From positions 608,660 through 672,659 of the forward strand of contig JAXHNJ010000002.1 of NCBI GenBank assembly GCA_034520665.1: a DNA stretch of 64,000 nt. Reading direction: 5' to 3'. The stretch's first letter is position 1, and every line of letters starts with the position of its first letter. Below the pieces are notes generated by a model, which saw only the letters and a list, made by a program, of their open reading frames with translations, was not told the origin of the DNA and searched no databases. The DNA comes from Patescibacteria group bacterium (GTDB taxonomy: Bacteria; Patescibacteriota; Patescibacteriia; JAXHNJ01). The position numbers and the translations under genes are program-made. Positions 37,801 to 48,519 of this stretch are shown one piece after another.

Positions 37801-40721
37801 AATTACTTCATCATAATACTGATTGTACGGGTGGTGATACGGGGCATTATCTAAGTAGTGAGGGTATTAATATGGGATCTTCTGTTTTGAATAGGACTTT
37901 TACTGCTTCTTATTATGCTAAAGCCACAGAACCTGTAAGTAGTATTTTTAGAGTAAAAAATGGTGGATGGGATGACACATTAAGCCCCCCGGCAAATGTT
38001 TTTGTACATCTAGCTAATAAAAATGTTGATTATACTACTGATTGGCGACGTTATAGTGTAACCTTTACTGTTGATGAGTTAGCTCTTAAGAGTGATGGTA
38101 GTCCGGCTAATTCTGATATGTTAGTTTTGCTTATTAACACTAGTGGTGATCCGACTATTGATCTTTTTATTGATGATTTACAAATTGAAGAAGGTGGTAT
38201 AAGCTCTTATAAAAATTATGCTGAATCTAACAAAATTTATTTAAATGGTGAAAGATTTTCTTGTCCTAAAGAAGATGTTGGTTGTGAAGAATATTCGCCG
38301 GTTAGCGGCGGACAATCAATACCAGGGGTAGTTTATGCCAATAATCTTTGTTCAGCCGATGAAGTCGGTTGTCAGGCTTTTCGCGAGAAGGCTATTGAAC
38401 GCATTCCCCAGAGACCAGAAACAGATCCTCTGTATTTTATTTCCGGTACCGGTACTCAGTGTAAAGCCGAAGATGTTGGCTGTGAGGAATACACAAATTT
38501 AGAAAAAGCAGCCAGTGGCGGTGAAGTCAGGGAATATTTTAAGAAAATTAAGCAGTGCGTTAAACCGGATTCAAGCGATATAGTCACTTATTATACTTGG
38601 GTCGGAGATAACGAAAGTGGTTATCAGTTAAAATCATTTTCCCTTAAGCAGAGTAATTTAAATAACTACGATAGTGAAACTGGATCAGCCCCTTGTACTA
38701 ATTTAGATATTTCAGGCGGCGGCGTTGACCCGGCCTGCCGAGATACGGCTCCGACTTCAGATTATGAACCGGCTGTTTGTCAAGCCTCAGAAGTCGGCAC
38801 TAATCCAGATTGCGCTGAGTTTTATGATACCAGCGGAAATGTATTTTACCGTCTGCGTTCCCGGATTATTGAAGCTACTGATAAATGTGTTACCTATAGA
38901 AATTCTATTGATAATTCCCAAAGCTTAGATAACGTCTATTTTATTAATCCTGAAGCCAGTATGACTTGTTCAGCTGACAAAGCCGGCTGTCGGGAATATA
39001 AAGGCAATACCGGTGATGTTACCCGGAAAGTTTTTGAAAGTGATTTTGAAGAAACAAATTTAGCTGCTACTAATTGGACTAATGGCGGCATTAGCAACGA
39101 ATCTTTGAATATTGACGGCCACTCTCTGCGGGTTTTAGATAATTCTACGGCCACTAGTGTTATTAATCCGGAGGTTTTAAAGGAAGCTAAATTAGTTGAG
39201 GGTCAGTATTATGAATTAAGTTTCTGGATGAAGCCAAATAATGCCAATTATATTAATTCCATAGTTATACAAAATGACGCTTATGCCTGCAGTAGTGGCG
39301 GTGATTGTTATAGTGATTCTGGTTGTCCAACTGGGGAAACCTGTGATGATGTCGGAGAGTCTGGAGCTATAAGTTTTGGTAGTTTCCCGGTTAGTTTGAC
39401 CCCGGAGTGGAATCTTTATACTTTTGGTCCGCTTAGGTTTAACCGAGAGGCTCTTGGCTTTGAACAATTAGCTATAGCAGCCGACGGTTCATTTTTTCTG
39501 GATAATATATTATTGGAAGAAGTGGCTGATACTGATTATTTAATAAAAAATACATTTGTTTCCTGTTCAGCTGGTAGTGTTGGTTGCCAGGCCTACAAAG
39601 ACTCTAAAGACGATGTGCATTATATTAAATCTTTTGACCACCTTTGCAGTGAAGAATATATTGGCTGCGAAGCTTTGATTAACACTCAGAATTCAGCTAG
39701 CCCCTTTAAGGAAACAATTAAAGATATAGACATACCAGCCGATACAGTAGAAAGTATAGTTTATGATAATAGTAAATTCTGTCCGGGTTCATCAAAAGGC
39801 TGCCAGATGCTTGGTTCGCCGGTTATGGATAGTCTTGAGCGTATAGTTAAGTGGGAAGATAAATATTTAATTAATAATCCGGATAGATATAATTATCGTG
39901 AAGGTGATCAAGATCTTTCTATAGCTTGTTTGGCTGAGGAAGAAGGTTGTCAGGAATACACTTACGCCGAAGGTTCGGGCCTTATGTGGTTTAAGGATCC
40001 TGGTGGCAAAACTTGTGAATATAAAAATTTATTTGAGGATGAAGAATATAAATGGTACAAGACTAACACTGACCAGTTTTGTCCTTCAATTACGCCACCG
40101 CCCGAGGGGAGACCTACTGGTTTAGCCTGTGTTAATACCTGTGATTCTGGGGGTTATGCGGGTCAGGCTTGTGTGCTTGACGAAGACTGTAAAAGCTGGT
40201 GTGACGCCGCTAGTGATAATACTGGAGAAATGTGTCAAGAGGCGGCGGATTGTCCTAATGGCAGCTGTGTGGCCAGTAATTGCCAGGGAGACACTGATGA
40301 AGTTGGTAAAGCTTGCACTGATTCCACTGATTGCTCGGGAGATAATAAATGTGATTATTGGGTTGGTTTATGTCCGAGAAATGAGAGTGGCTGTAATGAA
40401 TACCGTGATCCCACTGATCCGGCTGGTTGCCGCTCCTCTTGCAGTTTGATGGAAATTGGCGGAGAGCCAGTCCCCTTTAATAATAGCTGCCAAGCCACTG
40501 TTTGTGTAGCTGGTGGGGAGGATGGGGAATATTGCGGTAGTGACGCTGATTGTCCCGGCGGTGCTTGTTCTGGCGTCGGTATTTCTGGTTGCCGCTCCTA
40601 TTATTATATTAGAAACACCATTGAAGAAAACAAAGGAGACTGTAATGGCCAGATTGATCTTGAAACCGGTTGCCGGCCTTTTAATGATGTCTCTAATCCA
40701 GAATTAAATCTAAGAATTTAA
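34860..40721 (+). CDS. Giant secreted Cys-rich protein (1953 aa) with carbohydrate-binding-like domains
   Basis: Signal peptide; VFDPSVY start; many C..D.DC and 'C..E.VGC.EY' repeats; two CBM4/9-like blocks (N.SFE...W.RYS..F...IDDLQIEEG). Confidence 0.85.
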   Translation: MGFKQNNNLNKKIINSFFLLLFLFSFLFIAIKANKAKAQFGGLVFDPSVYQAISTESVREAADDVREAADDTKTSIWDKIKDRLQVAGDVAYKNALRVYVGRLAQDTATWLASAGTGQKPLFITDPNYWKDLTDAAAGDALYTLGANVFGVNMCEPNIGVKMNITFGLGRIFNPNTWCEDSCEWAYNSKISSVGEKFNEDKVEFIDDTKVPKTGILNYYQQFASDAKRDDKTSTRFDEFKKMYGDNFPCPVKCVGEETVGPPSPGMLCMEAEYEDNPDNMEKLPTTLENLRACIYTLQNISIEESQEATSDRTKCMRNCNNYEPRKAQCKASDIWTNVETMADETGGKLIGDTVDIFLKPEENDIGQLLLTYEHINEKTQAELSREKTLAEGQIKPVTATVSKSILSPLEFVHARGNLALDKGTEPAVAYTGSWYADSITIFTNTLINKLIERIFGGCGLNQAACESSPSGGSKLSQLMFGSGGPVGTAAAKLRFSSIAKVEYSRGSPGQDPINSGNLTSEGIIDSGFGTAINEKMTVKKALEEGLIGGIFGFDIEGRQPSIDSGISYRTILYLRKYRVVPVGWELAAEWIRENPQSISLKQIMNEYNNCEPGGESTCSHSEETCVNNSDCYDDSIYPTCNNSGDCTGVCSGTFCINEPSVSCTSDTDCNQVCAHETSDDTSHCYYFCNDDSDCGPSEMCVDNFGGTSGHCVSENEAYCQYQSSASPFCGLIDPNWVLKLSATYCEKSGAGNEIISRDYICADDTNSDGEANCYSGREGDYADDIGQWQIMRDSNTCIDEISCLKEDDQGKCIKYGYCFEERPIWGFNGEECPRQYASCQTFAVQSGEEYSYLTNTVDTNGCDSTNAGCQWYCQDYDQANSTWTCPSTGNKIYLDRDVAECEESDKGCQEFIRMSQGTNLENSSSFEYYEAWPAAIVPNSGEIDDGIEDEIYGVYYKNPSLNCGVEVEAVSEAHSGSVAIKLLHHNTDCTGGDTGHYLSSEGINMGSSVLNRTFTASYYAKATEPVSSIFRVKNGGWDDTLSPPANVFVHLANKNVDYTTDWRRYSVTFTVDELALKSDGSPANSDMLVLLINTSGDPTIDLFIDDLQIEEGGISSYKNYAESNKIYLNGERFSCPKEDVGCEEYSPVSGGQSIPGVVYANNLCSADEVGCQAFREKAIERIPQRPETDPLYFISGTGTQCKAEDVGCEEYTNLEKAASGGEVREYFKKIKQCVKPDSSDIVTYYTWVGDNESGYQLKSFSLKQSNLNNYDSETGSAPCTNLDISGGGVDPACRDTAPTSDYEPAVCQASEVGTNPDCAEFYDTSGNVFYRLRSRIIEATDKCVTYRNSIDNSQSLDNVYFINPEASMTCSADKAGCREYKGNTGDVTRKVFESDFEETNLAATNWTNGGISNESLNIDGHSLRVLDNSTATSVINPEVLKEAKLVEGQYYELSFWMKPNNANYINSIVIQNDAYACSSGGDCYSDSGCPTGETCDDVGESGAISFGSFPVSLTPEWNLYTFGPLRFNREALGFEQLAIAADGSFFLDNILLEEVADTDYLIKNTFVSCSAGSVGCQAYKDSKDDVHYIKSFDHLCSEEYIGCEALINTQNSASPFKETIKDIDIPADTVESIVYDNSKFCPGSSKGCQMLGSPVMDSLERIVKWEDKYLINNPDRYNYREGDQDLSIACLAEEEGCQEYTYAEGSGLMWFKDPGGKTCEYKNLFEDEEYKWYKTNTDQFCPSITPPPEGRPTGLACVNTCDSGGYAGQACVLDEDCKSWCDAASDNTGEMCQEAADCPNGSCVASNCQGDTDEVGKACTDSTDCSGDNKCDYWVGLCPRNESGCNEYRDPTDPAGCRSSCSLMEIGGEPVPFNNSCQATVCVAGGEDGEYCGSDADCPGGACSGVGISGCRSYYYIRNTIEENKGDCNGQIDLETGCRPFNDVSNPELNLRI

Positions 40722-40725
40722 TAAA

Positions 40726-43700
40726 ATGAAATTTAGAAATAACAAAAAAATAAATAGAAAAACTTTAGTTCTGAGTATTATTGCGATTTGCCTAGTTTTC
40801 TTTGGTAGTTTTATTTTCTCTTTAAATTTTAATTTTGATAGTATAAAAAATATTATTAACCCCTTTTCCAAGGTCCAAGCGCAAACCTCAGCCCTTTATT
40901 TAACCAATATTCATGTCAGCACTATTAACCATGATAATGCGGTTATACATTGGGAAACAAATGAGCCATCTGATTCTTTGGTAAATATAGGCACTACGTC
41001 TGATTATGAAATGCCTAATGTTAGTTCTTCAGTTATGGAGAGAATTCACCGCTTAACAGTTAGTGGCTTGGAAGCAAAGACCACTTATCATTATCAGGTA
41101 GTTTCCCAGTCAGAAGACGGAGAAGTAAAGACGAGTGTTGACCGGACTTTTACCACTAGCGAAGAGTCTTCAACCACCTCTACCACTGCTCTTACTGTGG
41201 AATCAATGCAGGTGGAAGCAAATTATGACCGGGCCCAAGTTAGTCTAACGGCTTCTTCACCCAGTCAGGTTACTATATTTTATGACACTTCTTCACAGAC
41301 TGATTCCAGTGGCTATACTCATGCTCAAAGCACAGCTTCTTACGCTATTTCCTCAACTATATATTTATCCGGTCTTTTTTCGGATACAGATTATTATTAC
41401 CGAGCTCGTATAGAAGATGCCAGTGGCAGCAGCTTTGTTAGTGGTGAATTTGAGTTTAAGACTAATCCTGAGCCACCACCGGCGACTATGCCAGATAGTA
41501 CTAAGTTTAATGCTGGTTGTGGCGGTGGAATTTTAATTGGTGATTGTTCGGGCACCAGTTATTGTGATCCCGGAGCGGCCGCTTTGATTAAAAGGTGTGA
41601 TAAATGCGGCTACGCTTGCCCCGAGGGAGAAACCTGCCGTACAGACGGCACTTGTGTCAGTGACCCGACTGTTAATGTACTTAATTATTATCAGTGTAAT
41701 TCTCCGCAGTGCTATGATATAAATGGTAATTTCATCAGTCCGGCGGTAGATCCCGGTTGTAACTCAAGCTATCCCCGGTGTAATGCCAACACTGTGCTTA
41801 AAGTAGCCAGAGACCGCGAATGTGCCAAATGGCTCACTTGTGGCACGGCTATTGAACAGACTAACCCGGAAACCGGTCAGTCTGAAGAGCTTTGTATGAA
41901 CTTGGCAGTTTGTACTTCTCTGGGAGAAAGTGGCCAGTGCACTAGTTATGCTAACCTACCCCAGGTTCAGGAAACTTATCGTATGCCCGAAGAAGCTGAT
42001 AAAATTCGCTGGCTGTCTGGCTCAATCAACGCTGGTCTTGACTGGCGCTATGAAAAAGGATCACCGGTTATCTCGGGCTATTATCCCTGGTCCTCTATGT
42101 CAGAAGTGGGCGGTAAATTAAAAATTAAGAACTGGAATTTTGAAGAAACAAAAATTATTCAAGCGGAAATAAATAGTGATAAGCCTGGTCTAGAAGATGT
42201 TAAGACTTATGATATTGCTGAATGGTCCGATAATTTTATAAAATATCCTAATAAAGCGTCAAACAATACTGATTTAGAGAGTGTTTGGGATCCGAGCCAG
42301 CCAAATAAAGAAAACCGTTGTTTGAAAGTTGGGTCTATGGATGGACCGGGTCAGGGTGTGAGTATTTTAGCCCAAGGCAGTACTGCTACGGCTAGTAAAT
42401 ACGTGGCTAATTTGCGTATCAAATCCAGTGATTCTGCCAGTCAAAGAGTGGATATTCGTTTGAGCAGCGGTGGCTCTGACCCGACTATTCATGATTTTGG
42501 CACCTATTTGCTAACCACTGGCTGGCAGCAAATAACCACCCCGGCTATTGACGGCCTTGGCAAGCAGGATACTTATATTCAGGTAGTCTTAAATTCAAAT
42601 TCTGATACCCAGGCCTTTTATATTGACGATCTTAAGTTAGAGCCGGTTTTAGAGGTTAAAGATGACTTTTATTTAAAACGCTCCTGCCGTCTTTATCCAG
42701 AAGAAGACTCTATGTCTTGTGAATATTTTGATGACAACGGTATTTATCACAAGGGCTGGTATGGCTATTGCCTGGACTGGGACCCTAAAAACGAAAATAA
42801 ATGTATTTCCTGGTGGCCGGTGGATATCCTCAAATACGAAGACAATATTTTTGGCCAGAGAGAGTCGGCCGGTTACACTGGCCGCCAGCCGGTTTATATG
42901 TGTATGGAGAGTGAGGGGGGCGATTCGACACTTGAAAGAGTTGTGGATAATTCTACCGATAGTTGGTTGGGTTGGAATGTTAATTATTTAGATGAATGTG
43001 CTAGTGGTCAAGAGTATGGAATAGATTCGGAAGATGATTTGCCTACATACCCACAATTTGATTCTTCTGATTATGATTTTGCTATTTGTAATCAGACAGG
43101 CGGTGTTGAACAGGGATATTCACTTACTGGTAGTGAGATTGCAGTTTTACCAATTGGCGAAGAGTGGGCCCCTGATGATGCTAGCTGTGATCATCTTGCT
43201 GCAATTGATGGTGATGAAACTCCTGCAGGTTATTGCTACGGGGTTATTGAATATATGGAAACTAAACATCCCGAATATCATTACTTATCTGAAAATGTAA
43301 TTTCATATCTTTCATTAGATACTATCGCAAATTGGGATGAGGGTATTTTGTGGTCGTTTATTTCTTCGGGTGGTGAATGGCCAGTAGGCGGACTTACGTT
43401 TGATGGAGATAAGATGTATGGTGACTATTATGATAGTGAAGTTAAGGGTCCTACGAACAAGAGATATCGGAAGAGATTTGTTGATGACGGAAAAATATAT
43501 TGGAGATTGAGGGCACATGATGAAAATGATTTAGTGTTTTTTCTAATTTTTGAATGTTTAGATAACAGTGGTGTTGTGAGAAGCTGTAGTATAGATGATA
43601 GAGGTCAGCTTACTGCGATGGCTATGTGGGGTGACGATAATACTCCCTCCGACGCCGAAGTTTCTTCTTATAGAGTAAATATAGAGTTACGTGAGAGATG

Positions 43701-45060
43701 TAATAAATTAGCTAAAGTTGTAACGGATGGAGGAGGTAATATGGCTTGGGCTGAAACTATAAATTCTAGTAACTATAAAGTTTCAGATCTAAATTATTTG
43801 CAAAGCACTGACTTAAACCCTTATGGCGGAGCTGTTATGACTAACCCGGAAAATTTAAGACAACATCTTTTGGTAGAAGAGCCCAATAGAACAGACTTTT
43901 CCTTTCCTTTCCAGGAAAGAGCTGGTAAACCTTATGCTTGTGTTGGTGATTGTAATAATCGTCGATGTTATGGTGGTGGAGCTCTTGATGGAAATCCTTG
44001 TCGAAGTAATTTGGATTGTGTAGATGATACTGATCTTACTCAGATAAAGTATGGGACTTGTGTCGGGGTTGGCATATGCAAAAAAAGTGATGAAAATTGT
44101 TATACTGATGATGATTGTGGCGGGGAAGATTATTGTATTGGTGGAGCTGCTAGCAATCGCGGTGAGCAGGAAGTTATGCTTTGGCCAACGACAGGTCGGT
44201 GTGATGGTGACCGGCTAGGAAAAGAATGTAATACAGATGATGATTGTAATGTTGGAGAAGAATGTTATCACACATATTTTGCCGAAAATAGAATCAGGAG
44301 TTTATTTGCCTTAAGTTATGGTATATATGAATGGGATCAGACCAACGGCCGTTACTCCTCTATTAGTGATAGTGATTCGCCTTTGGTATATCATTCTAAA
44401 CCAGGCTGGGGTCCGCCTAATCGGGTTTGTGCAGACGGTATCAGGCCGGATTATGATCCTTTAAATCCGGACACTTACTGCGGATTCCCACCCAAGATTA
44501 CTAATATTAAACTGGGGGATGGCACTTCCAATACAGCTAAATTAGGTAAAGACGGCGGTAAAGTAAAGCTAAGCTTTAATACTGAAGTTGACCGCCAACA
44601 GCAGCCCTTAAAAAATATCTGGATTGATTGGGGCGATGACACTATAGATCAAGTAAATTACGGTTATAAATCAAAATCAGACCCAAACAATCCCCATATC
44701 TACACCCATGCTTATCAAGCTGAGCCTTCTGGCGTCAAATATAATATAAAAATCGCCATTGAAGATAATTGGGGCTGGTGTTCTTCTGCTCAAGATACTA
44801 ATTATATCTATTACGGCACTTGTGATGGCGGTTCAAGAGACGGCTTGATTTGTGATGAAATACCGATTTGGCCTTTTGATGCTGTACCTGATTGTCCTTA
44901 CGGTAATTGCACGGGTGTTTATACTTGTGATTTGCATCCGACTTCAACCTGGACTCCGATCAGTACCTGTCAAGGTGGTACTTGCCAAGATGGAATATGT
45001 TCAGGCGGTCTGGATGACGGACGCTCCTGCACGCCTTTAATTGTTGATTTAACCGATTAA
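40726..45060 (+). CDS. Giant Cys-rich surface protein (1444 aa) with two FN3 domains and a CBM-like domain
   Basis: N-terminal TM; 'IHWETNEPSDS...GLEAKTTYHYQV' FN3; 'NWNFEE...FYIDDLKLEP'; Cys repeats; PKD-like IDWGDD. Confidence 0.85.
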   Translation: MKFRNNKKINRKTLVLSIIAICLVFFGSFIFSLNFNFDSIKNIINPFSKVQAQTSALYLTNIHVSTINHDNAVIHWETNEPSDSLVNIGTTSDYEMPNVSSSVMERIHRLTVSGLEAKTTYHYQVVSQSEDGEVKTSVDRTFTTSEESSTTSTTALTVESMQVEANYDRAQVSLTASSPSQVTIFYDTSSQTDSSGYTHAQSTASYAISSTIYLSGLFSDTDYYYRARIEDASGSSFVSGEFEFKTNPEPPPATMPDSTKFNAGCGGGILIGDCSGTSYCDPGAAALIKRCDKCGYACPEGETCRTDGTCVSDPTVNVLNYYQCNSPQCYDINGNFISPAVDPGCNSSYPRCNANTVLKVARDRECAKWLTCGTAIEQTNPETGQSEELCMNLAVCTSLGESGQCTSYANLPQVQETYRMPEEADKIRWLSGSINAGLDWRYEKGSPVISGYYPWSSMSEVGGKLKIKNWNFEETKIIQAEINSDKPGLEDVKTYDIAEWSDNFIKYPNKASNNTDLESVWDPSQPNKENRCLKVGSMDGPGQGVSILAQGSTATASKYVANLRIKSSDSASQRVDIRLSSGGSDPTIHDFGTYLLTTGWQQITTPAIDGLGKQDTYIQVVLNSNSDTQAFYIDDLKLEPVLEVKDDFYLKRSCRLYPEEDSMSCEYFDDNGIYHKGWYGYCLDWDPKNENKCISWWPVDILKYEDNIFGQRESAGYTGRQPVYMCMESEGGDSTLERVVDNSTDSWLGWNVNYLDECASGQEYGIDSEDDLPTYPQFDSSDYDFAICNQTGGVEQGYSLTGSEIAVLPIGEEWAPDDASCDHLAAIDGDETPAGYCYGVIEYMETKHPEYHYLSENVISYLSLDTIANWDEGILWSFISSGGEWPVGGLTFDGDKMYGDYYDSEVKGPTNKRYRKRFVDDGKIYWRLRAHDENDLVFFLIFECLDNSGVVRSCSIDDRGQLTAMAMWGDDNTPSDAEVSSYRVNIELRERCNKLAKVVTDGGGNMAWAETINSSNYKVSDLNYLQSTDLNPYGGAVMTNPENLRQHLLVEEPNRTDFSFPFQERAGKPYACVGDCNNRRCYGGGALDGNPCRSNLDCVDDTDLTQIKYGTCVGVGICKKSDENCYTDDDCGGEDYCIGGAASNRGEQEVMLWPTTGRCDGDRLGKECNTDDDCNVGEECYHTYFAENRIRSLFALSYGIYEWDQTNGRYSSISDSDSPLVYHSKPGWGPPNRVCADGIRPDYDPLNPDTYCGFPPKITNIKLGDGTSNTAKLGKDGGKVKLSFNTEVDRQQQPLKNIWIDWGDDTIDQVNYGYKSKSDPNNPHIYTHAYQAEPSGVKYNIKIAIEDNWGWCSSAQDTNYIYYGTCDGGSRDGLICDEIPIWPFDAVPDCPYGNCTGVYTCDLHPTSTWTPISTCQGGTCQDGICSGGLDDGRSCTPLIVDLTD

Positions 45061-45061
45061 A

Positions 45062-48000
45062 ATGCTATTTAACTTAAAAAACAAAAAAGTTAAATACACT
45101 CTAACCAGTCTCAGCCTTGTTTTTATACTGGTGTCTTTTGGTATTTTCTGGCCCCAGGCCGCTAACGCTGGAGCGGTTGAACTTTTTACCGAATTACTTG
45201 GTCATCTGCTTTATGAGGTGGCTGGGCTTTTAGGTAAAATTTTAGTGGCTGTTATCCAGATGTTGATTGCTATTGTGCAATATAATGATTTTGGCCAGGC
45301 CACAGCCGTGCAAAAAGGCTGGGTGATTATTCGCGATGTTTGTAATATGTTTTTTGTAGCCGTGCTTTTGATGATTGCTTTTGGCACCATATTTAAATGG
45401 GAAACCTACCGCTATAATAAGCTTTTGGGCCGATTTATTTTGATGGCTTTTTTGATTAATTTTTCCAAGTTTATTGCTTTATTTTTAATTGATGTTTCCC
45501 AGGTAATTATGATGACTTTTGTTAATGCTTTTTCCGATATTGCGGCTGGTAATTTAATCTCAGCTTTTGGACTGGAGGAAATGTTCAAATTTATGGAAAG
45601 CGGCGGGCAGGATTTAGAATTTTCCGGCGTAATCGGAGCTCTACTTCTAGCTATTATACTCTTAACCATAGCGGTAGTTACTGTTTTGGTACTTACTATG
45701 GTTTTACTCATGAGAATACTGGTTTTATGGCTGTTAATCGTTCTCTCTCCTCTGGCTTATTTTCTGCGTACTTGGCCGGGCTCGGGCGAGAAAGCCTCTT
45801 CTATGTGGTGGAAGGAATTTGGTAAAAATTTAATTAACGGTCCTTTAATTGCTTTTTTCTTATGGCTTTCTTTGAGTATTATTTCTACCTCTGGTGGCGA
45901 CAAATTAGCCCAAGAAGAACTTAACTATGGCGACCGTAAAATTACCACTGAACAGGCTATTGAATACGAAGAGGACACTGGTATGCAGGACCTTGGCGCA
46001 TCGGTGGGGGGTAAATTTTACACGACCATTAGTAATATTTCTTCTTCAGATCGGCTGCTTAGTTTTATTATTTCCATTTCTCTGCTTATGGGTTCTTTAT
46101 TGGTAGCCCAAAAAATGTCCTCGGCCGGCGGACAAGCGGCTGGCACGGTTTTGGGCAAGGTGAAAACCGGTCTGACTAAAGCCGCTAAACTGGGAGCGGC
46201 TGGAGTGACTTTTGGAGCTGGAAGAACAGGACTTGGTTTACTGGCTCGCACTAAACCGGTTAAAAGAGCAGCTAAGGGCGTAGGTAAGTGGGCTTTGGGA
46301 GAAACTATGGCTAGGACCGGTTTTGAATTGCGTCCCTCTGAATGGGGGAAGGGTATTGAAAGAGGTGGCGAAAGGAAGTTACAAGAACGCGAAGACAGAA
46401 TGAGGGCTAAGTCCCAAAAAAGAAGAGAAAAAGGTTATCATTTGGCAGCCTCTTTAAGTAATCCCGAACACGCTTTTTATGAATATTGGCGTTTGTCAAC
46501 ACCTGGAAAAATGTTAAGGCACCCCCTTCAATTTTTTGGCAAAGGTACAAAAAAAATGCACGACGCTTCTTTAGAGCAAAAAGCTAAATTAGATAAGATC
46601 AAAGAACGCGATAGTGAAGTATACGATGATGAAAAAGGAGAGTACAAGGATGTAACTAAAATTCAAGAAGAAAAGATGATCGAAAAAGAGAAAGAAAAAG
46701 TAATTAAAGAAAAAACTGAAGAAGTGGCACAAAAAAGAGAAGATTTAAAACCGGAAAAATCCTGGCCAGAACTAGAAAAAGAACTTAAAGCTGATGGCGC
46801 TACTGAAAATGACCTGGCTGAATTTAAGAAAGATTTTCAGACAGTTAATGAGGAATGGATGCGCTATGCTTCTGTCGGAGAGGTTATTAAAAATGAAAAA
46901 GGAAAAAAAATAGGTACGCAGAGGATAACTTTTGATGAAAAATGGGAGAAAATGAGAACGAGATTAGAAAAAAAGGGTTTAACTGATGAAGAAATTAAAG
47001 AAGAAGAAAAAAAGTTTAATAAAGAATGGAATAGAAACAAAGCAGAAAATATGTTAAATCCACATGAGCTGAATAAAGAAGCCAGAAAAAAATTTGAAGA
47101 CAAAAATTACAGTGATGGCGATTTAAGAAAGGCTTATTTTAATAATAAAGAAGAGGAAATAGAAAAACTAAAAAAAGAAAAAAATGAAATAAAAGATCCT
47201 GATTTTATAATGGAAGAAGACCAAAAGCAAAGAGAAAAAAAACTGCAAGCTATTAATGATGAGTTAAAAAAAATTGATAGGGATATTAAAGCAAAAGAAG
47301 AGGAAGGCAAGAAAAAGAATATAAAAATTGATCTTTCTAAAGAAAAGAATCTAAAAAAAGACCTAGAAAAAAGAAAAGAAGAAATAGAAAAGGCTCCTTT
47401 GAGTGATAAAGAGAAAGAAAGAAAAGAAAATAAAATAAATGAGATAAATGAGAAAATTGAAAATAAAGAATTCGAAAAAGATTTTACTGATATGACGGAA
47501 ATAGATAGACGGGAATTATTAAGGCAGCGCGAAGCCCAGAAAAAGGAATATGAAAAGGCTAGAAAAAAAGAAATTGATAGAATGCCGGCTATTGATTACT
47601 CGACCCGTAAAAATCAGCGTTTGGCTATTCAGAAAGAAAAAAATGAATTGACCACTGACAGTTGGCAGGAAATTGCCAGTTTTATTGAAGACGCTAAGAA
47701 AAAAAATAATTTAACTCGGGTGGCGGCCGGTTATCTTAAGGCGGCTGAATATGGCAATGAAAACGAAATACAAAATTATTATGGTTATGATAGTGATGCT
47801 AAAGGGTTAAAACAATTTGTCATGGGTGAATTAGTCGGTGAAAAAGGTTTGGGCAAGAATTTTAGAGAAGAAACAGAAAAAGCCGGTTTATCTTGGGAAA
47901 GTTACATTGATAAATTTGGTCATTATGTTGAGGGTATGAAGGGTAAAAAGGGGATGGGCATGTCTATGGAACAAGCCTTGAGTATAGCTAACGATGTTTC

Positions 48001-48508
48001 TTATACAGCTGAAAGAATGAATCACTGGGGGGCGGCCCGGGCTGTAGGCGTACAAGACGGCCGACAAGTTTGGCAAAAAGAAAAAGATCGTTTAACCGAA
48101 GTAATGGCTGAGGTGAGAAAACTTGATTTTGAAAATACTATGAGAAGATTTAACCGATTAGCTTTTGGCTCAGAAAGAATTAAAGATAAATGGGATTTCC
48201 GTGGTGGAGGCGGAAGAGATTTTATGATGAATGATTTTGCCTTGGCTTTTATGATGGAAAACTGGAAAAAGTTTCCCACACTTTTAGAGCGGGGACGTTT
48301 TGGGGTTAACTTGGCTATTAATTTAAGTAAAGAAAATAATATTGATCTTCTTCAAGAATTATCCACAGAAATACCGGCTGAAGAAAGAGATCGTTATTTA
48401 AAAGTTGTTGATGGTATACAAAATTTTGCGGCTACTGGTGGAGAAAGCGAATTTGATGATTTAGAAAGAATGCATCAAAGAAATTTGGGAGGATGGGAAA
48501 ATTATTAA
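45062..48508 (+). CDS. VirB6/TrbL-like T4SS inner-membrane protein with long charged C-terminal extension
   Basis: GW..IRDVCNMFF...LINFS...LID and 'RILVLWLLIVLSPLAY...WW..F' TM core; K/E-rich coiled-coil tail. Confidence 0.75.
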   Translation: MLFNLKNKKVKYTLTSLSLVFILVSFGIFWPQAANAGAVELFTELLGHLLYEVAGLLGKILVAVIQMLIAIVQYNDFGQATAVQKGWVIIRDVCNMFFVAVLLMIAFGTIFKWETYRYNKLLGRFILMAFLINFSKFIALFLIDVSQVIMMTFVNAFSDIAAGNLISAFGLEEMFKFMESGGQDLEFSGVIGALLLAIILLTIAVVTVLVLTMVLLMRILVLWLLIVLSPLAYFLRTWPGSGEKASSMWWKEFGKNLINGPLIAFFLWLSLSIISTSGGDKLAQEELNYGDRKITTEQAIEYEEDTGMQDLGASVGGKFYTTISNISSSDRLLSFIISISLLMGSLLVAQKMSSAGGQAAGTVLGKVKTGLTKAAKLGAAGVTFGAGRTGLGLLARTKPVKRAAKGVGKWALGETMARTGFELRPSEWGKGIERGGERKLQEREDRMRAKSQKRREKGYHLAASLSNPEHAFYEYWRLSTPGKMLRHPLQFFGKGTKKMHDASLEQKAKLDKIKERDSEVYDDEKGEYKDVTKIQEEKMIEKEKEKVIKEKTEEVAQKREDLKPEKSWPELEKELKADGATENDLAEFKKDFQTVNEEWMRYASVGEVIKNEKGKKIGTQRITFDEKWEKMRTRLEKKGLTDEEIKEEEKKFNKEWNRNKAENMLNPHELNKEARKKFEDKNYSDGDLRKAYFNNKEEEIEKLKKEKNEIKDPDFIMEEDQKQREKKLQAINDELKKIDRDIKAKEEEGKKKNIKIDLSKEKNLKKDLEKRKEEIEKAPLSDKEKERKENKINEINEKIENKEFEKDFTDMTEIDRRELLRQREAQKKEYEKARKKEIDRMPAIDYSTRKNQRLAIQKEKNELTTDSWQEIASFIEDAKKKNNLTRVAAGYLKAAEYGNENEIQNYYGYDSDAKGLKQFVMGELVGEKGLGKNFREETEKAGLSWESYIDKFGHYVEGMKGKKGMGMSMEQALSIANDVSYTAERMNHWGAARAVGVQDGRQVWQKEKDRLTEVMAEVRKLDFENTMRRFNRLAFGSERIKDKWDFRGGGGRDFMMNDFALAFMMENWKKFPTLLERGRFGVNLAINLSKENNIDLLQELSTEIPAEERDRYLKVVDGIQNFAATGGESEFDDLERMHQRNLGGWENY

Positions 48509-48519
48509 AATAAGTTAAT

